Source: Rhodothermales bacterium
GTDB taxonomy: Bacteria; Bacteroidota; Rhodothermia; Rhodothermales; Bin80
Direction of reading: 5' to 3'
Assembly: GCA_022821875.1 (NCBI GenBank)
Contig: JAJECV010000142.1
Location: 16,869 to 80,868 of the forward strand
DNA: 64,000 nt
A program made the translations under genes and the position numbers. Below the pieces are notes generated by a model. The model made no database searches. It was not told where the DNA came from and was given only the letters and a program-made list of their open reading frames with translations. Positions 49,601 to 59,900 of this stretch are shown piece after piece. Within the stretch, counting starts at the first letter, position 1; each line of letters opens with the position of its first letter.

Positions 49601-49946
49601 TTCCATGATCTTTGAATTCACAGACGAAGATGTCTTTGAACCGAAGCCACTTCCTCTGACTGCACAGTTTTCAGTCATTCAGGACGCACTTACGCTGGAC
49701 ATCAATGACGACGGGCATCTTGACCTCCTCCTTGTGGGCAATGACTATGCAAATCGTGCAGAAGAGGGCCGCCTGAGCAGCGGGCGGGGAATATTACTGT
49801 TTGGAGATGGAGAACTGGGCTTTGTGGATCATGAACATGATGAATTCTGGATACGTTCAGACATGCGTCGTATTCTTCAGATTGATCACCGTATTATTGT
49901 GGTCAATAACAATGATGAACTGAATATTTTTCGGACCATTCAATGA
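46689..49946 (+). CDS. FG-GAP/VCBS-repeat lipoprotein with ASPIC/UnbV domain (CRTAC1 family)
   Basis: Lipobox 'LIVLAGC'. There are many 'D.N.DG..D.' calcium-binding FG-GAP repeats ('DLNNDGRVDLYF', 'DVNGDGFLDLYV') and a mid-region 'GIGAKAILHG...RGYLSS' UnbV-like segment. Confidence 0.8.
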   Translation: MLIGRWLCIGTGLGLIVLAGCMRERPLFTRMEQTGISFENRIVEQDAFNVLEYEYFYNGAGVAAGDLNNDGRVDLYFTANMAPDRLYLNRGNWSFEDITEQAGIIHAPTWTTGVTMVDVNGDGFLDLYVCRSGNVTTDRRRNSLYINQGDLTFKDEAAAYGLDDVAYSNHAAFFDYDQDGDLDMYLLNHSIRRYSHFVVDLMRARRDSLAGDKLFRNDSGRFVDVSEEAGIIGNPLSYGLSVVVSDLNGDLWPDLYISNDYIEDDYLYINRQDGTFSESIRSYLTHTPYASMGADIADINNDLQPDIYVLDMLAEDNYRQKVLKGPEDYRFYQGLREDGFHEQYMRNMLHLRRGPDFIEIGQLAGVSNTDWSWAALVSDLNRDRMKDLIVTNGYLRDYTDLDFLSTTLPNASREAEMLGEAVSGLEMVQAMPSTRIPNYVFQGRDGIRFQNMTEAWGLELPTHSNGMTLADLDGDLDLDLVISNLNQEALLYRNQAVEQGRGSALRIILEGPSGNPYGIGAKAILHGAGQSIMQEAFFVRGYLSSLEPALFFGTGDWEEVDVEIYWPDGEFQRLEGIPTGQTIQVKYSEATLVEGAEPPSAEGFLKIDLSSQIRYQHREDAYSEWDQQPLLPRDLAREGPAVASGDLNGDGLTDIFIGGARGQPGALFLQQLDRTYTAVMLPALEEHADYEDTDAVLLDFSGDGLLDLYVASGTGPISDDWQDRLYLNTGFGGLVHAPDMLPPMQTVTGSIAPYDLDADGDMDLFIGGLYLPGQFGMSPRSYLLENTPNGFVDRTVEWGPGLAYPGMIRTAVWADITGDAQMELFIAGHWMPIQMYCRSDSGVMENCSDELGFTGSEGFWNQVIPADLDADGDLDLIAGNQGLNTQIQISAQTPSTLYAGDFDDSGTWDILYSGFVKGLDVPVPSRDQIVRQLPDLRIHFPKYADYAAATTEEVMAEYDPPDIVLKAEQGSSMIFEFTDEDVFEPKPLPLTAQFSVIQDALTLDINDDGHLDLLLVGNDYANRAEEGRLSSGRGILLFGDGELGFVDHEHDEFWIRSDMRRILQIDHRIIVVNNNDELNIFRTIQ

Positions 49947-50007
49947 AGCGGCAACCGGCGGAAGATCCGCTCGCAGGCGATCTCAATTTTAAATGACCGG
50001 ATTTGTG

Positions 50008-50646
50008 ATGTGTGGACGTATAGCACAATGCTTTGATGTAGAAAAGGTCAGGAAGTCGTTTGACATTCGCAGAGAAACCGAATCTATTGAATGGGCGACA
50101 CCTTCCTATAATATCGCACCTGGAAGTAAAATTCATGCATTTCAACTCAATGAGCATCAGGACAAATCATGGATCTTACTTACATGGGGGATGCGACCTG
50201 CCTGGGCGAAGATGAAGCGTCCGGTCATCAATGCACGGGCGGAAACTGTAACCCAAAAACCGATGTTTCGGGATGCCTTTCAAACCCGCCGCAGTCTGAT
50301 TCCGGTTACCGCCTACTATGAATGGCGGATCACGCCTCGTGGAAAACAGCCCTACTGTATACGAAACAAAAACGGGCTGCCGCTCTTGCTCGCAGGCCTG
50401 TATACCGAGAATGAATGTGTTATTCTGACACAGGATGCACAGGAAGACATTTCTTTTATCCATGACCGTATGCCGGTGGTAGTGGTTCCAGAAAAAATAG
50501 ATGCCTATCTGAGAGAAGCATCTACCGCCCGCAAGGTCATCAGAAACGGGGATCATCTGGATCTGGATGTCTATCCGGTCACGAAAGAAGTGGGCCATGC
50601 AGGCTTTAATCATCCAACCTGCTTAAAGCCAGTTGATCATGTGTAG
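50008..50646 (+). CDS. SOS response-associated peptidase (SRAP/YedK family)
   Basis: 'MCGRIAQ' provides the obligatory Cys2, so I moved the start to ATG 50008. Also 'WGMRPAW', 'NARAET' and 'AYYEW'. Confidence 0.85.
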   Translation: MCGRIAQCFDVEKVRKSFDIRRETESIEWATPSYNIAPGSKIHAFQLNEHQDKSWILLTWGMRPAWAKMKRPVINARAETVTQKPMFRDAFQTRRSLIPVTAYYEWRITPRGKQPYCIRNKNGLPLLLAGLYTENECVILTQDAQEDISFIHDRMPVVVVPEKIDAYLREASTARKVIRNGDHLDLDVYPVTKEVGHAGFNHPTCLKPVDHV

Positions 50647-51730
50647 TTCTGCATCCCGTGTTGGAGTTCAAGGCAGCTGGATTCAGGAAATCTTGAAATC
50701 AGAACAGGCCACAGGGATTCTGATTATGCATCTGCCCCATGTCCGGTGGGCGTGCGGGTTTACCGGATCCAATGGATTTCTGCTTGTAAAAGAAGAACGG
50801 CTGCATCTGTTCACGGATCGCCGGTACGAAACGCAGGCAACCCTGGAAGTCCATGGCGCACAGATTCATATTGGCTCCGATAATCTGGTTGACCTTGTCA
50901 GAAATGAGGGGCTGGTTTTGGCAACGGACCGGCTGCTGATCCAGCCGCAGTGCATGACCGTTGCAGACCTCTACCGCTGGGAAGCTGCATTCCCCGGCAT
51001 ATCGCTGATTCCGAGGAAGAATTTACTGAATCGTAGTGTTGCAGTAAAATCAGAAGAAGCAATTGCAAAGATGCGGCAGGCACAGTCGATTTCGGATGCT
51101 GTATTTCATGATATTATTCCACACATAACCCTGGGCATCCGGGAAATTGAGCTGGCCGCCCTGATTGATTATGAGCACCGGCTCCGCGGAGCATCCGGAA
51201 TGGCATTTGAAACCATTGTCGCTTTCGGCGCAAACAGTGCACTCCCGCATGCCCGTCCAGGCAACCGGGCATTAGGTACGGATGAACCTGTGCTTTTAGA
51301 TTTTGGATGTAGTTTTGACGGATATACCTCAGACATGACACGGACGCTCCATTGCGGAGAGCCCCCCAGTACAGAGTTTCGGGCAGTTTATGAAGCCGTT
51401 CAGGAAGCACAGGAGCGGGCAGTGAGTGTGACACACACAGGGATGGATGCATCTGCCGTTGATCACGCGGCCCGTTCCAATTTGGTTACTGCCGGATTGG
51501 GTGATTTTTTCAGTCACAGTACGGGGCATGGTATTGGTTTAGAGGTTCATGAATGGCCGCGCATTTCGGCGAATTCATCGGCGATCTTAGAAAAAGGGCA
51601 GACCATTACCATTGAACCGGGGGTTTATCTGCCAGGCAGATTTGGAGTTCGGATTGAGGATACAGTGCTGATTGGTGCATCTGCGTGTGAGCGATTATCA
51701 CATATTGAGCGAGATCTGATCATTGTCTGA
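50639..51730 (+). CDS. M24-family Xaa-Pro aminopeptidase
   Basis: Creatinase-like N-domain ('WACGFTGSNGFLLV'). Metal ligands are present in 'LDFGCSFDGYTSDMTRT', 'HSTGHGIGLEVHE' and 'TIEPG...RIED'. Confidence 0.85.
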   Translation: MCSSASRVGVQGSWIQEILKSEQATGILIMHLPHVRWACGFTGSNGFLLVKEERLHLFTDRRYETQATLEVHGAQIHIGSDNLVDLVRNEGLVLATDRLLIQPQCMTVADLYRWEAAFPGISLIPRKNLLNRSVAVKSEEAIAKMRQAQSISDAVFHDIIPHITLGIREIELAALIDYEHRLRGASGMAFETIVAFGANSALPHARPGNRALGTDEPVLLDFGCSFDGYTSDMTRTLHCGEPPSTEFRAVYEAVQEAQERAVSVTHTGMDASAVDHAARSNLVTAGLGDFFSHSTGHGIGLEVHEWPRISANSSAILEKGQTITIEPGVYLPGRFGVRIEDTVLIGASACERLSHIERDLIIV

Positions 51731-51739
51731 GTATATTGG

Positions 51740-53014
51740 ATGCGGCGTATATTGGTTGTGGCATATTACTTCCCTCCACTTGGTCTGAGCGGGGTGCAGC
51801 GGATTGCGGGATTTATCCGCCATTTACCGAAGTATGGATGGCAGCCGACGGTCATAACGGCGAAACCCAGAGGGTACTTTGCGCATGATGAATCGCTGTG
51901 GACTCCGATTGAAGAGGCAGGCATTAAGGTCATTCGCACCCGGAGTCTTGATCCAACCCGACTGTTTCGTCGGGGTGCAACGGTACGTTTACCGAGAGAA
52001 ACAAATCGGCAAACGCTGGCTTACATCAGTAACTGGCTTTTTATCCCTGACAATAAACTGGGTTGGATGCCATTTGCCGTACATGCAGGATTACGTCAGG
52101 CGGCGATGCAGCGTTTTGATGCTGTCTTTTCCAGTGCGCCACCGTATACGGGGCATCTGGTCGGGAGGACCTTATCCAGGCGGCTGCGGCTTCCTCTGAT
52201 CGTTGATTTCCGTGATGACTGGGTTGGAAATCCAAGGCATCTGTATCCCACCGCACTCCACCGGAGACTACATATTCAGAAGGAGAGGCAGGTTTTAGCG
52301 CAATCCTCTGCAATCACTGCCATCAATCGCCCAATCCTGGATGCGTTAAATGAGAGACATCCGGATCTTCAAAGGAGGATGGAAGTGATTCCGCATGGAT
52401 TTGACCGGCAGCAGTCTGCAGTGCAGGCATCCGTTGATTCCGAAACGAAGTTGAAGGTTGTCTATACCGGTGTTTTTTATGATGCGCAGACCCCCGAGTA
52501 TTTTTTAAGGGGACTTAGCGAATTTTTAACCAGAACCCCCAGAATGCGAGCCAAAATTTCCGCCATTTTTGCCGGCCTCGTTCCAAGTGGATTTATGGAA
52601 TTGGTGCGGACCCTGAAATTACTTGATGTCGTTCAATATGTGGGGTATTTGCAGCATTCAAGCGTTGTTGAATTGCAACGGGAAGCGGATGTATTATGGA
52701 TGACGATTGGCACCAGGCCCGGTGCATCCGGCATCTCAACGGGGAAATTATTTGAGTACATGGGGACGGGAAAACCGATTCTGGCTCTGATTCCATCGGG
52801 AACGGCGCGTCAGACGTTGCTCCGTTACGGGGCGGCATACATCGCCGGGCCGGAGAGTAATGTTGAGATTCTACGAGTGCTCACCCAAGTAGCCAGCGAT
52901 TGGGAGAAACAAAACTTTCCCAATCCGGACGAGTCATTTGTATCTATGTTCAGTCGTGCCCGTCTAACCGAGAAGTTAGCTGGAGTATTTGACTCCGTCA
53001 TTGAAACGCTATAG
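51740..53014 (+). CDS. Glycosyltransferase family 4 (paralogue of 2282-3583)
   Basis: 'RRILVVAYYFPPLGLSGVQRIAGFIRHLPKYGWQPTVIT' parallels 'KRILLITYYFPPSGGSGVQRMLKFARYLPDYGWLPTVLT'. Also 'GKLFEYMGTGKPILAL'. Confidence 0.75.
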   Translation: MRRILVVAYYFPPLGLSGVQRIAGFIRHLPKYGWQPTVITAKPRGYFAHDESLWTPIEEAGIKVIRTRSLDPTRLFRRGATVRLPRETNRQTLAYISNWLFIPDNKLGWMPFAVHAGLRQAAMQRFDAVFSSAPPYTGHLVGRTLSRRLRLPLIVDFRDDWVGNPRHLYPTALHRRLHIQKERQVLAQSSAITAINRPILDALNERHPDLQRRMEVIPHGFDRQQSAVQASVDSETKLKVVYTGVFYDAQTPEYFLRGLSEFLTRTPRMRAKISAIFAGLVPSGFMELVRTLKLLDVVQYVGYLQHSSVVELQREADVLWMTIGTRPGASGISTGKLFEYMGTGKPILALIPSGTARQTLLRYGAAYIAGPESNVEILRVLTQVASDWEKQNFPNPDESFVSMFSRARLTEKLAGVFDSVIETL

Positions 53015-53027
53015 GGCAGGGGGGATT

Positions 53028-53435
53028 ATGCATCAGAAAAAACTTGAACTTCATTTATCGTCCACCTTCAAGGATCTGGATGATGCCGTAGAGACATTGC
53101 AGGATTTTATTCCGACACTGGACTTAGACGATGATTTAGCTTACCGGGTCATCTTGCTGGCGAGTGAGGCGCTGACCAACGCAATGGAGCATGGAAATCA
53201 GTGGAATCAAACGAAAAAGGCAATTCTTCGCCTAGTGAAGGAGGAGAATCAAGTTGAATTGACGGTGACCGATGAGGGCGACGGGATTTACTGGACACAG
53301 CGGAATCCACTGACCGAGGCGAACCGGATGGCCGATCATGGAAGGGGGCAGTATTTTATGCAGACCATGGCCGATGAGGTTCATGTGGAAGACCATGGCC
53401 GCGGGCTGCGTCTGGTCTTTTACTGCCAGACATAG
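53028..53435 (+). CDS. RsbW/SpoIIAB-like anti-sigma regulatory kinase (HATPase_c_2)
   Basis: 'ASEALTNAMEHGN' (N-box), 'VTDEGDG' (G1) and 'GRGQYFM'. I placed the start at ATG 53028. Confidence 0.7.
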   Translation: MHQKKLELHLSSTFKDLDDAVETLQDFIPTLDLDDDLAYRVILLASEALTNAMEHGNQWNQTKKAILRLVKEENQVELTVTDEGDGIYWTQRNPLTEANRMADHGRGQYFMQTMADEVHVEDHGRGLRLVFYCQT

Positions 53436-53461
53436 CAGCCCGCAGGCAGCCACAAAGATGA

Positions 53462-56400
53462 TTACTTGAGCAGTACCATTGCTTTGGCTCCGATCAGTTC
53501 CCCGTTCGCCTCCATCCGGTAGATATACTGTCCACTCGCCATTGCCGAGGCATCCCACTGAACCTGATGGGTTCCGCCGGTATAGGGCTGGTCGGTCAGG
53601 GTCGCTATTTTGCGTCCAAGCATGTCAAATACCGTCACTCGGATATGACTTTCGGCTGCGACCCTGAAACTGACGGTCGTACTCGGATTAAACGGATTTG
53701 GATAATTACTCAGAAGTTCAAAGGCATCCGGGATCTCGCGGTCACCGTGTTCTGCATCCGCCTGCATCTGGTCGAGATTCAAAGTCCATATTCCGCGTCC
53801 ATGTGTGGCAAGAACAATTTCATCCTCAACAATGCGGATCCGCCATACGCTGACCGCAGGTAATCCGCTGTCCAGATAGGCCCAGGTCTCGCCATGGTCA
53901 CGGGATTCAAAGATCCCCATGTCCGTTGCGGCCCAGATGACCCACGGGGTTTTGGGGAGGACTTCGATATCCCACACTCTGGCATCAGGGAATCCATTGG
54001 TACTCTCACAGTTGACGGCTCCTCGAAAGCCTGAAAGATCTTCCCAGGTCTCTCCCATATCCACGGTCCGAACCACTTTTGGCTCGCATGGTACGGCAAA
54101 TGTGACATACGCCGTAGCACGCGCAGAGGGATGGGTTGCCAGTCCAGAAAACTGCACAGTCGGTGTAAAGCCAGGACCCGATATCGGCCGGATCTTTATT
54201 GCATCCTCCACCCCGATTCCAGAGATGCGACTCCGGGCATTTTCGGATACATGAAGTGTACCTTGAGCGAATTCTTCCGTGAGTGTGTATCCTGCCCAGA
54301 CAACATTAGGATCAGCAAGTGAAACGCGCACCTTCCCGTCGCCGTTTTCTACTCCCCATATTGCCGCATCAGACGGCTTGATTGCATGCCAGTTCCTTCC
54401 GAATTCAAGGGAACGAAGCAGGCCGTCTTTTGGAGAGATAGAAAAGACTATATCTTTTGATGCGGGGGTCCATCCAATAGAGGTGACAAATTGCCCCGTA
54501 AAATTATCAATCGTGCGATCAGAAGTCCAGTCCATACCGTTGTTAAACGAGCGTGCGATCCTGTTATACTGGGTTGATGCCATCAGGGAATCATTCCCTT
54601 TCCAGATCACATCAAATCCATCACCGGAAAGTGTTGGTTCATTCGACCACCCACGAGAACCAGTCGGATCCAAGTCAGAAATAAAAACGCCGTTATCCTG
54701 TGTTCCCCCCAGATATCTTGCGAATCTTGGATGCTTCACTGCATCGTAAAATTGTGTTGTACTGTATCCGTTCGTATTACTCTTGACGATTAGATCTGTC
54801 TCGTACCATGTCGCTCCGCCGTCCGGTGAATAGGCAGCCCCGCCGTCATTCACATTCAAAATCATGAATTCATTCCCGCTTTGATCAATTGGAATAATCG
54901 TAAACCCATGGTGATCTACATGGACAAGAGTATTTTCCCACAGTTCTGTAGTTCTACCATATTCGTTTATAATGGCAAAGTCTATATCCAATATTGCTTC
55001 TGGAGGAGAGTCAGGATCCCATTGCACATCTGAACCTCTGGCACGTAAGGGCCAGAAAAAATACATGAATCCCTTGGTGAAGCCTCCTTTCTGTGTGTAC
55101 CCTGGGTGGGGGACGGAATCATAATCGTATTTGGAAATAAAAATATACTCCCTGCTGTGTGTATTCCCTGGTCCATCAAAATTTGAATGAATGAGGCTCC
55201 ATTCGCCGTCCCGTCCCTGATCCCGGAATGAAACCATAAGCTGCCGGTTATTGTCTGTATCCCAAACCTGGAACGGCACCTCAACATAATCCGCATAATT
55301 ATAGTCTGCAAAAGCAACTCCTGCGCTCCCGTTTCCGTCTCGCCCGCCATTTGGATCTACTGTGAAACGATGTGCCATCTGGGTAAGCCCGGGGCCAAAA
55401 CGAACCTCAACGGATGTCATTTCGCTGAGCGCCATATCATGGGCTTTACCTTCATCAACCAGGAGATAACCCATATCCAATCTTCCATTGGAAGCGTTTG
55501 CTGCAAAATTTTGGAAGCGCAGAAATGGAATGTCATCATAATTGAAGCGGAGGATACGTCCCCTCTGAAATCCTTCACTGTCATTGGTCCACATTTTCCA
55601 TCGAACGATTCCACCGACATAGATCGTGTCGGGGGAAAATGGATGAACTGCAATTGTGTTGTCATACCATCCCTGATTAGCGAGAAAAGCCTTCTCGGCG
55701 GGTTCTGCATTACTGGAAAATTCTATGTGACTCCAAGTATTTCCATTATCCTCGGAGCGATAGATGTCTGAGATTGGATACGTAGAGCCAGCTCCATCTG
55801 ATTCTACCCGATCCCCTCCAATACCTTCAACCGAAGCCCAGATCACCTCCGGCCGGGATGGGGAAATCGCCAGTTCAATGCGGCCTGCTCTGTATATAAA
55901 ATCAGTGAAGGAATCTTGCCATGTTTTTCCACCGTCGATTGATTTAAGGATTGAAGTTCCCCGAACCGATGCAAACTGAGTGTTAAAATTATTTGGATTA
56001 ACTTTCAGATCTTGCACAGGCAGGCCATAAGCGTCATAGACCTTTGCAAAAGATCGCCCACCGTCATGGGTTCGGAATATTGCACCGTTGGTTACCACAA
56101 CGACGATGTCAGGGTTGTCTGGATGTACTGCAAGCCGGTTAATAAAACGCCAGTCTTCATCATCACCTACAGAGGATGCATCCAGATGAGTCCACGTTTC
56201 TCCTTTATTGATGGTCTTAAATATCCCGACTCCGGAGGCGGCATCAAAATTAAAGAATCCTTCTCCCGTTCCGAAGTACATTACACTGGGATTGCTTTGG
56301 GAGATATCCAGTGTGGTCGCCGCAAGGCTGGGCAGATCGTCGGTTAGCGGGGTCCATTCAATCTGTGGCAGTCCTCCGAAAGACATCGAGCGCCTGGCTC

Positions 56401-56836
56401 TCCATACACCCCCGCCGACGGAAGCAACGTACCATGTGTCTCTAGAAGGGTCATCAGGATCCAATACGATTGCGCGACTTCTTCCACCTACATTCCCTGG
56501 GCCGCGCTCAATCCAGTTTAACGGGGTTGCAGTTCGACCGTTTTTCGCATTCGACTCAACGGCTTTTTGAAATTCCCGTATTTTGTGGCCGGGCGGATAG
56601 GGAGCATATCCATTATTGACTCCCTCAACTGCTGCAAAATACTCTGCGAATTTGTCAGGATACCCAAATGGATCTTTGATGAGCCTGGATTTTTCGGATC
56701 CAGAAGTAGAGTTCAGCGGAGGAGGTATTGCGGGCAGCAATAAATTTCCGACCGAAAACATGATCATGACCAGCGCCGCCAGAATGAAAAAAGATGTTTC
56801 TCTGTATAAAACTGATACCCGGCGTGATTTTTTCAT
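53462..56836 (-). CDS. BNR/Asp-box beta-propeller protein (sortilin/VPS10- or GH74-like) with T9SS C-terminal sorting domain, copy 1
   Basis: N-terminal anchor and about 9 Asp-box-like motifs ('SIDGGKTWQ', 'SEDNGNTWS', 'SPDGGATWY', 'SRDHGETWA'...). C-terminus 'NYPNPFNPSTTVSFRV...SGQYIYRMEANG'. Confidence 0.8.
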   Translation of the reverse strand: MKKSRRVSVLYRETSFFILAALVMIMFSVGNLLLPAIPPPLNSTSGSEKSRLIKDPFGYPDKFAEYFAAVEGVNNGYAPYPPGHKIREFQKAVESNAKNGRTATPLNWIERGPGNVGGRSRAIVLDPDDPSRDTWYVASVGGGVWRARRSMSFGGLPQIEWTPLTDDLPSLAATTLDISQSNPSVMYFGTGEGFFNFDAASGVGIFKTINKGETWTHLDASSVGDDEDWRFINRLAVHPDNPDIVVVVTNGAIFRTHDGGRSFAKVYDAYGLPVQDLKVNPNNFNTQFASVRGTSILKSIDGGKTWQDSFTDFIYRAGRIELAISPSRPEVIWASVEGIGGDRVESDGAGSTYPISDIYRSEDNGNTWSHIEFSSNAEPAEKAFLANQGWYDNTIAVHPFSPDTIYVGGIVRWKMWTNDSEGFQRGRILRFNYDDIPFLRFQNFAANASNGRLDMGYLLVDEGKAHDMALSEMTSVEVRFGPGLTQMAHRFTVDPNGGRDGNGSAGVAFADYNYADYVEVPFQVWDTDNNRQLMVSFRDQGRDGEWSLIHSNFDGPGNTHSREYIFISKYDYDSVPHPGYTQKGGFTKGFMYFFWPLRARGSDVQWDPDSPPEAILDIDFAIINEYGRTTELWENTLVHVDHHGFTIIPIDQSGNEFMILNVNDGGAAYSPDGGATWYETDLIVKSNTNGYSTTQFYDAVKHPRFARYLGGTQDNGVFISDLDPTGSRGWSNEPTLSGDGFDVIWKGNDSLMASTQYNRIARSFNNGMDWTSDRTIDNFTGQFVTSIGWTPASKDIVFSISPKDGLLRSLEFGRNWHAIKPSDAAIWGVENGDGKVRVSLADPNVVWAGYTLTEEFAQGTLHVSENARSRISGIGVEDAIKIRPISGPGFTPTVQFSGLATHPSARATAYVTFAVPCEPKVVRTVDMGETWEDLSGFRGAVNCESTNGFPDARVWDIEVLPKTPWVIWAATDMGIFESRDHGETWAYLDSGLPAVSVWRIRIVEDEIVLATHGRGIWTLNLDQMQADAEHGDREIPDAFELLSNYPNPFNPSTTVSFRVAAESHIRVTVFDMLGRKIATLTDQPYTGGTHQVQWDASAMASGQYIYRMEANGELIGAKAMVLLK

Positions 56837-56890
56837 AGAATCATTGCAATAATGAAAGAGAGTTTGTGTAAAGTTACAGAAGGCAAAGGC

Positions 56891-56931
56891 GGCAGGCTAT
56901 GTCTGGTTCGTATCATCAGACATAGCCTGCC
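56891..56931 (-). terminator. Perfect 15-bp-stem hairpin between the two paralogues
   Basis: ggcaggctatgtctg-(11 nt)-cagacatagcctgcc. It lies downstream of the stop of 56949-60398 on the minus strand. Only a weak U-tract follows. Confidence 0.35.
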
Positions 56932-56948
56932 GTAACCGATAAGGGCAG

Positions 56949-59900
56949 TTACTTGAGCAGCAGCATTGCTTTGGCCCCGACCAGTTTCCCGTTTGCCTCC
57001 ATTCGGTAGATATATTGTCCGCTCGCCATTTCTGAGGCATCCCACTGAACCTGATGGGTTCCGCCGGTATAGGGCTGATCCGTCAGGGTTGCCACTTTAC
57101 GTCCGAGCATATCGAAGACGCTCACGCGGATATGACTTTCGGCTGCCACCCTGAAACTGACGGTGGTGCTCGGGTTAAATGGATTCGGATAATTACTTAG
57201 AAGCTCAAAAGAATCCGGGAGTTCACTGGCGGTATTTGTTCTATCCGTCTTCTGCACCTGGTTGAGATTTAGTGCCCATATCCCGCGACCGTGCGTAGCG
57301 AGAACAACTTCGTCCCCAACAATACGGATGCGCCATACGCTGACAGCAGGCAGTCCGCTATCCAGATAGGCCCAGGTTTCACCATCGTCACGTGATTCAA
57401 AAATCCCCATGTCGGTTGCTGCCCAAATGACCTGGGGGGTGTCAGGAAAGACTTCAATATCCCATACCTTGGCATCCGGAAATCCATTGGTGCTTTCACA
57501 GTTGGCGGTGCCCCTGAAGCCTGAAAGGTCTTCCCAGGTATCTCCCATGTCTGTTGTTCGGACTACTTTTGGCAGACATGGAACTGCAAACGTGACGTAA
57601 GCCGTCGCACGCTCAAGGGGATGGGTGGCTAATCCCGAAAAGGGTGCAATTGGCGTAAAGTTGGGCGTGGAGACGGGGCGAATTTCTATTGTCCCTCCCC
57701 CTTCTGCAGCATCTTCCCGCCCGTCCAGATAAGGCCAGGTACGGTTAAGGAAGACAGTGACTGCTCCCTCAACCCCTGAGGTAGATGTGGAGATGCTGTT
57801 CCGTGCAGTTTCGGATACATGAAGTGTGATGCCGCCTCCTGCTCTGGTGAGTCGATACCCTGCCCAGACGACATTCGGGTCTGCAAGCGAAACGCGTACT
57901 TTTCCACCATTGCCGCCTCCCCATGCTGCGATATTGGGCGGTTTAACGGCATGCCAGTTATCTCCGAATTCAAGGGATCGCAACAGGCCATCCTCGGGGG
58001 ATATTGAAAAGACGACATCCTTTGATGCCGGTGTCCATCCAATTGAGGTGAGAAATTGCCCTTCGAAATCAAGAATCGTCTGATCAAAACGAAACTCCCC
58101 ACCGCGAAATGACTGTCCGATCAGATTGCCCTGCGCTGATGCCATCAATGAATCATTTCCCTTCCAGATTACATCAAATCCATCTCCTCCAAGCACTTCT
58201 TCATCCTGCCATCCACCACGGTCACTGGGGTTTAAGTTAGAAAGCCAGGTACCATTATCCTGCGTTCCTCCCAAATATCTTGCGATGCGTGGATGTTTGG
58301 TGGCATCATAAAATTGTGCGGTACTGTACCCTGCTGTCTCGTCTGCCTGCCACCAGTTCTCTCCGCTGTCAAGTGAATAAGCTACCCCTCCGTCATTCAC
58401 ATTCAGAATACGAAATTCATTCGTACTTTGATTGATGGGCACAATCGTAAACCCGTGGTGATCTACATGCACATCGCCATTTTCCCACAGTTTCGTAGTG
58501 CGGTATCGTCCCTCTAATGTAGAAAAGTCTATATCTAAAATTCCAGGTTGCGGAGCATCAGGATCCCAGGCTACATCTGAAGCTGCATTAAGAACCGGCC
58601 AGAAAAAATACATTAAGCCCTTGGTGAATCCCCCTTGCTCTGTGTACTCGGAGCGGGAGGCGGAGGCATCATAGTCATATTTGGAAATAAAAATATACTC
58701 TCTGCTATGTGTATCTCCAGGCCCATCCGTATTCGGAAGAATAGGGCTCCATTCACCGTCCCGTGCCTGATCCCGGAATGAGACCATCAATTGTCGATTA
58801 TTATCGGTATCCCAAACCTGAAAGGGTACCTCAGCATAATCCGCATAGAGATAGTCTCCAAGAGCAATTCCTGCACCTCCATCCCCATTTCTGCCGCCAT
58901 TCGGATCTACTGTATAGCGATGTGCCATCTGGGTAAGCCCGGGGCCAAATCGAACTTCAACGGAGGTCATTTCCTCGACCGTGATGTCCTGCGCCTCACC
59001 ATCTTCGACCAGACGATAACCTGCATCCAATCGTCCCCCTGCAAAAGAGGCCCCGAAACTTATAAAGTCAAGAAATGGAGCATTGCTATAAAAGCGGGAC
59101 GGGCCCTCTATTTCAAACGTTCTATCGCTATCAACCCATGCTTTCCACCGGAATACACCACCGACATAAACCGTGTCTGATGAAAAAGGATGAACTGCGA
59201 TGGAATTATCAAACCATCCCTGATTTCCGAGGAACGTTTTTTCGGTGGATGCGGCGTTGCTGGAAAATTCAAGAAGTTGCCAGGTATTCCCGTTATCCAG
59301 CGAGCGGTAGAGATCGTCGATCGGTGCTGGTCGATTGTACAGATCTAAATCTTGCCGATTGCCGCCGGCACCTTCAACGGATGCCCAGATGACCTCCGGC
59401 TGGGATGGAGAAATGGCCAATTCAATACGGGCTGCTCCATGTACAAAACTAGAGAATGAATTTTGCCATGTTTTTCCACCGTCGGTTGATTTAAGAATCG
59501 AAAATCCTCCAACCGATGCGAACTGGATGTTAAAATCGTTGGGGTTTACTTTCAGGTCCTGCACGCGTAATCTGCCTACATCATGGACTTTTGTAAAGGA
59601 TCGTCCTCCATCCTCTGTCCGGAATATTGCACCGTTGGTTACAGCAACGACAATATCTGGATTGTCTGGATGTACGGCAAGTCGATTTATATAGCGCCAG
59701 TCCCTATCATTGGTTACGGCAGATGCTGTCAAGTGAGTCCAGGTTTCCCCCTTATCGGTGGTTTTGAATATTCCGATTCCAGAGGCGGCATCCACATTGA
59801 AAAATCCTTCTCCCGTCCCGAAGTACATCACATTCGGGTTATTTCGAGATAGATCCAGCGTGGTTGCTGCGAGACTGGGCAAATCGTCGGTTAGCGGAGT

